A stretch of DNA of 32,000 nucleotides, taken from positions 390,001-422,000 of the forward strand of contig NC_016070.1 of assembly GCF_000253055.1 (NCBI RefSeq). Direction: 5' to 3'. The translations under genes were made by a program, and so were the position numbers. Origin of the DNA: Thermoproteus tenax Kra 1. Its GTDB lineage: Archaea; Thermoproteota; Thermoprotei; Thermoproteales; Thermoproteaceae. Below, one piece after another: positions 8,044 to 15,043 of this stretch (positions are counted from its first letter, which is position 1; every line of letters begins with the position of its first letter). The notes below the pieces were generated by a model. The model was not told where the DNA came from and searched no databases. It saw only the letters and a program-made list of their open reading frames with translations.

Positions 8044-10416
8044 TTAGGCCCTACGCAGACTCAACGCGTTCAACGTAACCGAGATGCTGCTCAGAGCCAT
8101 CGCGAGGCCTGCCAGCTCCGGTCTCAAAACCACGGGGTATAGGGCGCCCGCAGCCACTGGAATAAGGACTATGTTATATATAAAGGCCCAAATAATATTA
8201 AATTTTATATTTTTAACAATTTTTTGAGACAATTTGAATACTTCTATTATTTTATCTACGCCTCCCCTCAGAAGTATTATATCCCCTGACTCCTTCGCTA
8301 CGTCAGTTCCTGTGCCGACCGCTATTCCCACGTCGGCTACTGCTAGGGCCACTGCGTCGTTTACGCCGTCTCCCACGAAGGCAACTGCCCCTCTCTGCCT
8401 CAGCCGCTCGACCACCTTGGCCTTCCCCTCAGGGTCGAGATCGGCGTAGACTTCGTCTATGCCCAAGGCGCGCGCGACCGCCCGCGCTGGCCTCTCGCGA
8501 TCTCCGGTGATTATCACCGGCTCTATGCCGCGGCTCTTCAGCCACCTCACGGCGTCGGGCGCCTCTTGGCGTATGTAGTCGCCCACGGCGATAGCGCCTC
8601 TCACCTCGTTCTCCACTACTACATAGACTGTAGTGTATCCCCTCTCGCCCATCTCCTCCGACCACCTCTTGATGCTCTCGGGGAGGGCTGCCGCCATGCC
8701 GGCGACTATCCTCTCGTTTCCCACGGCGACAGCCTTGCCGCGCACTCTGCCGTAGACGCCGGCTCCAGGTATAGTGTCGAAGAGCTCTGGCTCAGACAGC
8801 TCGAGCCTCCTCTCTCTGGCGTACTCCACTATGGCTGCTCCTATGGGATGCTCCGATTTGTTCTCCACGGACGCTGCCAGGGCAAGCGCCTCATCGTCGC
8901 CGAGGGCAGCTACCACCTTGGGCCTCCCCACAGTGAGGGTCCCCGTCTTGTCGAAGCCGACTATGCGGGCCTCCAAGAGCCTCTGCAACGCCTCGGGCCT
9001 CCTTATGAGCACGCCCTTCTCCGCCGCCCTCCCCACTCCGACTACCACAGACAACGGAGTGGCCAGCCCCAAGGCGCATGGACACGCTACGACTAACACA
9101 GATGCTGCAAACATCAACGCCTTGCTGACGTCGGCAGTCGCCAGATACCATCCGGCGAAGGTCAGAGCTGCGGCCGCAACGACGACCCAGGCGAAGGCGC
9201 CGGCAACCCTGTCCACAAAATATTGCACGGGCAACTTGGCGCCCTGGGCAGTCCTCACGAGCTTCACTATCTGCGATAGGAGCGTGTGTCTCCCGCTTCT
9301 GGTGGTCCTCACGGCTAGGTAGCCCTTGGTCAGAAGAGAGCCCGCCAAGACTACGTCGCCCTTCCTCTTCTCGGCCGGCATAGGCTCGCCCGTGAAGGCC
9401 GACTCGTCCACGAGGCCTGCGCCGTCCTCGACTATGCCGTCTACGGGCACTTTCTCGCCCTGTTTGACCACTACGATCTGGCCCGGCCTCACTTGGGCGG
9501 CCGGCACCTCTCCGCCGTCAATGAGCCTCGCCCTCTCGGGCTGGAGCTGCGCCAGCCTCCTCACAGCCTCGCCAGTCTTGATCCTCATATTGGCCTCTAT
9601 ATACCTCCCCAACAGCACCAAGGTTATCACGGTAGTGGATGCCTCGAAGTAGACCGGGCCGCCGCCCATCAACGAATAGAGGCTGTAGAGATAAGTTGAG
9701 AGCGTGCCTAGGGCGACCAGAGTGTCCATGTTAGCAGTTCTGTTCTTGAGGGCTCTGTAGGCCCCCTTTATGAACCTAAGACCGGAATAGAACTGGACGG
9801 GCGTAGCTAGCGCCAGCCCGAGCCAGGCAGACGCAGTTGGGAGCCTCAGGCCGGCGGCGGAGAGCGCCATCATGGCCAAGAGGGCCGCGGCGGGGCCCGC
9901 TGCGACGAGCAGCCGCCTCCTCAGATCGGCTCTGTCAAGCTCAACTACCCTTCTGTCTACATCGAAGTCTACCTCGCCCGTCTTAACCTCCAGAACCTCG
10001 TAGCCTGCCTCGTCGAGCCTCTTGGCCAGATCCTCTGGCGCTATCTCCAAGGGGTTGAACTCTACGGCGACAGTCCTGGAGGTCGGATTTACCCTTACGT
10101 TGAAGATGCCCCACGTCGATAGCAGCTCCTCAATATGCCGCGCCTCCTCGGGCTCCATGGCCTTCAAGACCAAGTGTGCCTCCTCTCTGTATACATCGTA
10201 GCCGGCCCTCCTCACAGCCTTCAGCAGATCGCCGTAGTTGAGCTTGGAGGGATCAGCCACAATCTTGGCCTCGTCGCCCGCTAGTGAGGCCTCGGCGTGT
10301 AGGACTCCCGGCACGGACAAAAGCGCCTTCTGTACAGTAAGAGTACACGTGGCGCAGTGCATGCCGATTATCTTCAGAGTGGACTCTCTGCCGCGCTCAA
10401 ACTTGAGTCTGATCAC
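8044..10416 (-). CDS. copA: Copper-translocating P1B-type ATPase
   Basis: 790 aa. N-terminal HMA domain GMHCATC. Also CPC (VVACPCALGLATP), DKTGTLT, TGD and GDGVNDA. GTG start. Confidence 0.93.
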   Translation of the reverse strand: MIRLKFERGRESTLKIIGMHCATCTLTVQKALLSVPGVLHAEASLAGDEAKIVADPSKLNYGDLLKAVRRAGYDVYREEAHLVLKAMEPEEARHIEELLSTWGIFNVRVNPTSRTVAVEFNPLEIAPEDLAKRLDEAGYEVLEVKTGEVDFDVDRRVVELDRADLRRRLLVAAGPAAALLAMMALSAAGLRLPTASAWLGLALATPVQFYSGLRFIKGAYRALKNRTANMDTLVALGTLSTYLYSLYSLMGGGPVYFEASTTVITLVLLGRYIEANMRIKTGEAVRRLAQLQPERARLIDGGEVPAAQVRPGQIVVVKQGEKVPVDGIVEDGAGLVDESAFTGEPMPAEKRKGDVVLAGSLLTKGYLAVRTTRSGRHTLLSQIVKLVRTAQGAKLPVQYFVDRVAGAFAWVVVAAAALTFAGWYLATADVSKALMFAASVLVVACPCALGLATPLSVVVGVGRAAEKGVLIRRPEALQRLLEARIVGFDKTGTLTVGRPKVVAALGDDEALALAASVENKSEHPIGAAIVEYARERRLELSEPELFDTIPGAGVYGRVRGKAVAVGNERIVAGMAAALPESIKRWSEEMGERGYTTVYVVVENEVRGAIAVGDYIRQEAPDAVRWLKSRGIEPVIITGDRERPARAVARALGIDEVYADLDPEGKAKVVERLRQRGAVAFVGDGVNDAVALAVADVGIAVGTGTDVAKESGDIILLRGGVDKIIEVFKLSQKIVKNIKFNIIWAFIYNIVLIPVAAGALYPVVLRPELAGLAMALSSISVTLNALSLRRA

Positions 10417-10469
10417 GCCCCTCCAGACTTTCCACGTAAAAAGATTAAAAGGAGAGCGCTGGCTGTGCC
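10417..10469. promoter_or_regulatory. Shared bidirectional promoter of copA and the YHS gene
   Basis: The single A/T element TAAAAAGATTAAAA (10437..10450) is centred 26 nt from ATG 10470 and 28 nt from the copA GTG at 10416. Confidence 0.5.
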
Positions 10470-10649
10470 ATGCGCGCTGAGGAGATAGACCCTGTGTGCG
10501 GCATGAGGGTGGACCCCAAGACCTCTAAATACAAGGTTTTGTACAAGGGGAAGATCTACTACTTCTGCTCCGAGGCTTGCAAGTCCGAGTTCGAGAAAAA
10601 CGCCGAGTTCTACCTGGCCCACGGGCCGCAGGGCATGCCCCATAGATAG
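10470..10649 (+). CDS. YHS/TRASH-domain small metal-binding protein (putative copper chaperone); absent from the ORF track because it is 59 aa
   Basis: My own translation: MRAEEIDPVCGMRVDPKTSKYKVLYKGKIYYFCSEACKSEFEKNAEFYLAHGPQGMPHR. It has the DPVCGM...YYFCS..C pattern typical of YHS/TRASH domains and is divergent from copA. Confidence 0.75.
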   Translation: MRAEEIDPVCGMRVDPKTSKYKVLYKGKIYYFCSEACKSEFEKNAEFYLAHGPQGMPHR

Positions 10650-11156
10650 CTATTGCTCCGAGACTTCGTACCTTCTAATGACCTCCTTTTCCCGCTCCGA
10701 GATCTTGTGAGCCGCGTACTTCTCCTTGACCACGGAGCCGCCTATGTTCCTCGCTCTATAAAACGCCACTTCGTCGGGCGTCTCCCTCACTCCGTATCTC
10801 ACCTCTACGTCGAAGGCCGCGCCCTCCAACTCGTCCAACGCGAAGTACACTGGAGTGTGTAGGACGGCCAAAGCGCCGGCGGCCCTCCTCAAGATATCCA
10901 GCGCCCTCTCGGCTAAGCCCTCCCGGAGGGGTCCCATTATGAGCACGGGGTTCTCCACAGCGTCCAGAGCCTCTCCGTATGCGACGGCGATGGGCCTTGC
11001 CCCTCTGGCCTCGGCCAGAGCTATTATCGCTGATGCCATGGCAATGCAACTGGGCGTCTCGTCGTAGACCACTGTGAACTTGTCCACGTCTTTCAACATA
11101 TATTTGTCGTACCATTGGGCCAACAATGCCCTATACTCGAGTTCAGCTCCTTCCAT
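10650..11156 (-). CDS. Hypothetical protein
   Basis: 168-aa ORF with coding-like composition and no motif recognised. Its stop abuts the YHS gene stop (TAGCTA). Confidence 0.55.
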   Translation of the reverse strand: MEGAELEYRALLAQWYDKYMLKDVDKFTVVYDETPSCIAMASAIIALAEARGARPIAVAYGEALDAVENPVLIMGPLREGLAERALDILRRAAGALAVLHTPVYFALDELEGAAFDVEVRYGVRETPDEVAFYRARNIGGSVVKEKYAAHKISEREKEVIRRYEVSEQ

Positions 11157-11432
11157 AAATCATCCAAAATTTGACCTTAAAAATTAAAAATAGTGAATTT
11201 TAGAAAACCTCAAGCCCTATTAAGGCTTTTTCTCGGCCTTTTTCTTCTCCTTCTCAACCTTCTCTGGAGGCGCACACATGAGGATGGAATAAAAGCTACC
11301 ATATATAAACATTTTGCTATATGTTTTTATTGCAGTCTAAATTTTTGTATAAAATTACTTATTTTTCTTACACTATTATTCTTATTCTTTAATTTAATCT
11401 CAATATTATAATAATATTTTTTATTTAATTAA

Positions 11433-12113
11433 TTAATTTTCATCGTATATATTTTTTATATATTTTCCATGCCACCAGTGGTATATCACTTGGCCGTAGG
11501 GGCTGACGCTTATCATTTGCATATCGCCGTCCGGCGTCTTGAAGTGGAACGTATAATATCCTCTGAAGGGATAGGCTTCGGTTATAACCGACCCTGGAAA
11601 GTTGTGCGACAGCCATTCCTCTGCTATCCTCTCTGCGACCGCCTCGTTGCCGGGGTCTCTAAAGCGCCACATCATAGATTGAGGCTCGGGATGGACTACG
11701 CCATTAGGGTAGACCAGTAGCTCTTCGATTCCTATATTCTGTCTTTTATCCCAGATTACTACATAATAGTTATTTGAATATTTTTCTATTAATTTGATTT
11801 CTGCAGAAGGATAATATTTTTGTATATAAACTAAATAATGATTCACATAGTTTAAAATATTGTCATCGTTAACATATGTAGCATTGCCGCTATACAGTCC
11901 AGAGGCCATGGGACAGGCCGTGGGAAATACTGAACGGCCTTGGGCGTTGTTCAAAGGGACCCAGACGGAGGGCGTGGTCCACATCTCTATGAATATCCAT
12001 GCCGATATTCCCCCTATGGCTATTATTAGCGCCAGCGCTGTTGCCAGTAGCTTGTCCATACGTGCTGATTTCACCCGCTTAGATAAAGATTTAGTGAAAA
12101 AAGACGACTTCAC
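11433..12113 (-). CDS. Membrane-anchored protein with two PepSY-like repeats
   Basis: 226 aa. Basic N-terminus followed by a TM anchor (LLATALALIIAIGGISAWIFI). There are two segments with the PepSY-like pattern, AEIKLIEKYSNNYYVVIW...LLVYPNGVV and AERIAEEWL...YYTFHFKTPDGDMQMISVSPYGQVI. The gene is AT-rich. The start could instead be M19. Confidence 0.55.
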   Translation of the reverse strand: MKSSFFTKSLSKRVKSARMDKLLATALALIIAIGGISAWIFIEMWTTPSVWVPLNNAQGRSVFPTACPMASGLYSGNATYVNDDNILNYVNHYLVYIQKYYPSAEIKLIEKYSNNYYVVIWDKRQNIGIEELLVYPNGVVHPEPQSMMWRFRDPGNEAVAERIAEEWLSHNFPGSVITEAYPFRGYYTFHFKTPDGDMQMISVSPYGQVIYHWWHGKYIKNIYDEN

Positions 12114-12171
12114 GGTTTCATCTAGGTGAAACTTATCGTAAACTCTTTATTAATCCTCTTCAATTTCGGCA

Positions 12172-12615
12172 GTGAAGAGGACAGAGATATACGCGCTAGT
12201 CCTCTCCATGGTGCTCTCATTCGCTACTGCGTTTCTAATAGATCTCTATCACGTCGAATATATGAGATATATGATGCCAACGGCTCCCTTCCCTACTCCC
12301 TTATTCTTTATCTCGTGGCTCATCCTAGCCACGCTATTTATGATAGTCGGGCTCTGGCTCACAAGAGACACGACTAAGTCCGAAGAGGTGAATATAGAGG
12401 TGGTCAGACGGTTGCTCCCCGATCTGGAGAGGAAGGTTCTTGACTATATAATTAAAAACGGCGGCGAGGTGAGCCAGTCCGACATAGCTAGGTCGCTGAA
12501 GTTGAACAAGGTTAGAACGTGGAGAGTTGTACAAAGGTTGCAACAGAAGGGATTAATAGAAGTTTATAAAGCCAAAGGAAGAAATATTGTTAGAATAAAA
12601 ATTAAAGAAAATTGA
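12172..12615 (+). CDS. Membrane-associated winged-helix transcription regulator (COG2512-like)
   Basis: 147 aa. Two N-terminal TM helices, then LERKVLDYIIKNGGEVSQSDIARSLKLNKVRTWRVVQRLQQKGLIEV (wHTH). GTG start. Confidence 0.7.
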   Translation: MKRTEIYALVLSMVLSFATAFLIDLYHVEYMRYMMPTAPFPTPLFFISWLILATLFMIVGLWLTRDTTKSEEVNIEVVRRLLPDLERKVLDYIIKNGGEVSQSDIARSLKLNKVRTWRVVQRLQQKGLIEVYKAKGRNIVRIKIKEN

Positions 12616-12621
12616 TATTAT

Positions 12622-13200
12622 TTATTGACGTTTTGCAATAATATGTAATATACCGGGCGCCGTTATAACCTCTTGGACCTTGTACTCAAATTCCTCCAGC
12701 AGACACCTCGCGGCGGCCGCGTTGGCCTCGACAGACTCCAGGCTGTATCCTATCCCCACTATATCTATCTGGACTTCGTCTTGTTGTATCTTCACGTCGA
12801 ACTTCTTGGCCGGCACTATCTTGGCCAGATAGGGGACGAAGCTTTTGACGGCCTCTAGATCGCGGAACACCGCCTTTATGTAGCCCGCCAACATCTTGCC
12901 TGCATCGCACCACACCTTGAGGATAGTCTCTTTGTCAACCCTATAGACGTCGCTTATCAGTTTGTCCAGAACTCTTCCAGGTATCGGCACTATCTCGAGC
13001 TCCATCATTATTCTGTAGAAATACGCGAGCTCCCTCACTTGGGCGGGGCTGTAGCCGGATTTGATGAGCTCCAGGCCCAGCCTTAACAGCTCGTTGGCTA
13101 ACGCGTACTGAGTCATGCCGGACGAGTCAGCCACATTGGCCAACTCCTCTGCGACGTCCCTAGCTACTGCCAGACTGACTCTGTCTTTTCTAGTGCTCAT
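12622..13200 (-). CDS. Hypothetical protein with an N-terminal ribbon-helix-helix-like segment
   Basis: 192 aa. The N-terminus DRVSLAVARDVAEELANVADSSGMTQYALANELLRLGL fits a beta-alpha-alpha RHH pattern. An A/T box lies about 22 nt upstream. Confidence 0.55.
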   Translation of the reverse strand: MSTRKDRVSLAVARDVAEELANVADSSGMTQYALANELLRLGLELIKSGYSPAQVRELAYFYRIMMELEIVPIPGRVLDKLISDVYRVDKETILKVWCDAGKMLAGYIKAVFRDLEAVKSFVPYLAKIVPAKKFDVKIQQDEVQIDIVGIGYSLESVEANAAAARCLLEEFEYKVQEVITAPGILHIIAKRQ

Positions 13201-13275
13201 ACATCAAATTATCTACAGGTGTATATATTCATAACAGCCGTAATGGGCCCTATATGTAACGATAGACAGGCCCGC

Positions 13276-13704
13276 CTAGAACGCAATTAGTCTTCCATCG
13301 GCGACCTCCTCCAGGAATGTGTACATAGATGTCACGCGCTCCACGAGGCCCGCCGTCTTGAACTCCTCCTCCCCCACGCCGAAGATCCTCGCGGCGGTCT
13401 CACAGGCAATGACCCTGGCCCCCAACGCCTTGGCGGACTCAAAGAGCTCTCTCCAAGTCACTCGTAGCTCCCTCATCTTAGCGGCCTCGGGCGAATCCGG
13501 CTCGGTTGCCCTTCCAGCGAATGCTAACACGGCTCTGCCTGTCACAAACACCACGACCTCGTTGCCCCTAGCGACCTCAGTGGCCACATAGGTGCCTGCG
13601 ACGTAGAGATCGATTGGATCGTCCGAAGACAAGATAACTCCCACCTTCATGCTACGAGCTTCCGGCGGCTCCTCTAGCTTGCGACGGGCGTCTTCCAGGC
13701 CCAT
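13276..13704 (-). CDS. DsrE-like protein (COG2044 'peroxiredoxin-like' DsrE family)
   Basis: 142 aa. MKVGVILSSDDP...VVVFVTGRAV...VIACETAARIFG fits the DsrE-like fold with a conserved Cys-Glu. The start may be M19 (13650). Confidence 0.6.
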   Translation of the reverse strand: MGLEDARRKLEEPPEARSMKVGVILSSDDPIDLYVAGTYVATEVARGNEVVVFVTGRAVLAFAGRATEPDSPEAAKMRELRVTWRELFESAKALGARVIACETAARIFGVGEEEFKTAGLVERVTSMYTFLEEVADGRLIAF

Positions 13705-13749
13705 CAGCCCCTAATGGGACATCGCTATTAGTATCTTGGGTATAGTGCA

Positions 13750-13779
13750 AATTTTGAACATATTATTTTGTTCAAAATT
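13750..13779. repeat. Perfect 11-bp inverted repeat AATTTTGAACA-n8-TGTTCAAAATT
   Basis: Read directly in the AT-rich spacer between the mini-protein gene stop (13817) and the DsrE-like gene start (13704). Confidence 0.85.
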
Positions 13780-13816
13780 ATTTTAATTTAATTATAAATA
13801 AAAAAATTTTATAATT

Positions 13817-14020
13817 CTAATTTTTCATTAATTGTTTATAAATCCATATAAATATTAATATAAGGATTCCTACAAATAAGGCCATTATCAGTATCCCGAA
13901 TATTGCCCCGAAGAAACCCCAGGGGCCCCACCACCAGCCTCCTCCCCACCAACCGCACATCGGACATTGCGCCGCGGCTAAGACTGCAAGCGCCAACAGA
14001 GCCATCAACGCACGTCTCAT
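13817..14020 (-). CDS. Secreted/membrane mini-protein with a CPMC plus Trp/Gly-rich segment
   Basis: 67 aa from ATG 14020 (the ORF track extends to TTG 14038). Signal-like MRRALMALLALAVLAAAQ, then CPMCGWWGGGWWWGPWGFFG, then one TM (AIFGILIMALFVGILILIFIWIY) and KQLMKN. The A/T box CTTTTATAG lies about 18 nt upstream of the ATG. Confidence 0.55.
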   Translation of the reverse strand: MRRALMALLALAVLAAAQCPMCGWWGGGWWWGPWGFFGAIFGILIMALFVGILILIFIWIYKQLMKN

Positions 14021-14212
14021 GGCTACGCTACTCTTCAACTATAAAAGCCTTTGCTGAAACCGCCGCCAAGCGTCGTCTCGTTCCTCTGAAACTTGCAACC
14101 GGACTAATGTGCTCCTTGGAGAATAGACCGCCTCCCCACACTAAAGGATGGGGTTTGCCGTCTCCGACGTCATCACCGTTGTTCTGTATAATATCGAATT
14201 AGTTTCTATTTC

Positions 14213-15043
14213 GTGCAGAAACTATTAACATTGTTAAAGCTTAAAAGGGTAGAACGAACTACCCCCATGGTTGATAACTGGATACCTTTGATGTATGGTC
14301 TCATGGCTGGATTAACAGTGTTAATAGGAGCGTTCTCAGCGTCTGCAGCCAGATCTCGACTTAACAACGTCAGGCTTGGAGTACTACAAGGCGTGGCTGG
14401 AGGCATACTGGCGTATTTGGCGCTAGAGACTGGGCACGATGCCGAGGAGTACGTGGAGGGCTTGGCGAGACCTCAGACGCTTCACTTGTTTCTCCTCGCC
14501 GCCGCAGTGACCACAGCGGCATTTTTAACTACCTTCATTGTGCTTGCCGCCGTCGAGCAATTGAACAGACGGAGGGGGAAGTTTGGACTTTTTACAGGCC
14601 TTGTGGTCGCTATAGCGCTTGGCGTCCACAACATCGGCGAGGGGTTCGCGATTGCCTCGAGCCTTCTGGCAGGAGCTGTCACATCGGCGCTCACATACAC
14701 CATTGGATTCGCAATCCACAACGCAACAGAGGGCTTTGCAGTGGCCGGCCCGTTGTTGACAGGGCGCACCTCCGTCGGCCCAGCCCGTCTGTCAGCCTTG
14801 GCCGCGCTGGCCGGGCTCCCCACGCTAGCCGGCGTCGCCGTCTATTACACTGGCTTCTCCAACGGCCTCTTCTTGGCATTATTGAACGCAATCGCCAATG
14901 CGTCAATAGTCTACGCCATGGTCCATGTGAATATAGATGCACTGTCAAAACTGGGCGGGGTGGCCAGCATCAAGTTCTGGCTCTCTTTGACTGCGGGGAT
15001 CGTCGTCGCCATCGCCACAGAAAGCGTCCTGCTCCTTGCCTAA
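14213..15043 (+). CDS. ZIP-family divalent metal transporter (ZupT-like)
   Basis: 276 aa, polytopic. Two HNxxEG motifs (HNIGEGFAIA, HNATEGFAVA). The GTG start is about 23-26 nt downstream of TGTATAATATC. Confidence 0.85.
   Translation: MQKLLTLLKLKRVERTTPMVDNWIPLMYGLMAGLTVLIGAFSASAARSRLNNVRLGVLQGVAGGILAYLALETGHDAEEYVEGLARPQTLHLFLLAAAVTTAAFLTTFIVLAAVEQLNRRRGKFGLFTGLVVAIALGVHNIGEGFAIASSLLAGAVTSALTYTIGFAIHNATEGFAVAGPLLTGRTSVGPARLSALAALAGLPTLAGVAVYYTGFSNGLFLALLNAIANASIVYAMVHVNIDALSKLGGVASIKFWLSLTAGIVVAIATESVLLLA

Noticed and set aside
8160-8280. Sharp AT-rich patch with TATA-like strings inside the 3' part of copA
   Set aside because: It translates cleanly into the last TM segments (KIVKNIKFNIIWAFIYNIVLIP). 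There is no frame disruption or repeat boundary, so a local codon-usage quirk is the simplest explanation.
10413-10643. 76-aa minus-strand ORF from the track
   Set aside because: It is antisense to the 59-aa YHS/TRASH ORF, which has a recognisable metal-binding motif and a correctly spaced A/T box. The minus ORF would also overlap the copA start by 4 nt and has no motif.
11193-11411. 72-aa plus-strand ORF in the AT-rich spacer
   Set aside because: It is low-complexity Leu/Phe/Ile from AT-rich DNA, has a GTG start and no promoter spacing. It is most likely non-coding.
11157-11432. Possible replication origin in the long AT-rich spacer
   Set aside because: No repeated ORB-like elements are present. 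Only a single weak TCCAG-containing match was seen, and no orc1/cdc6 gene is adjacent. AT-richness alone is insufficient.
12126-12377. 83-aa plus-strand ORF overlapping the 5' half of the wHTH gene
   Set aside because: It is in a different frame from the 147-aa ORF, which contains a clear wHTH and TM helices. It shows no features of its own.
14039-14212. Possible C/D-box sRNA (GGUGAUGA on the minus strand near 14170)
   Set aside because: No CUGA D or D' box follows within 100 nt on that strand. The plus-strand CUGA motifs have no upstream C box.
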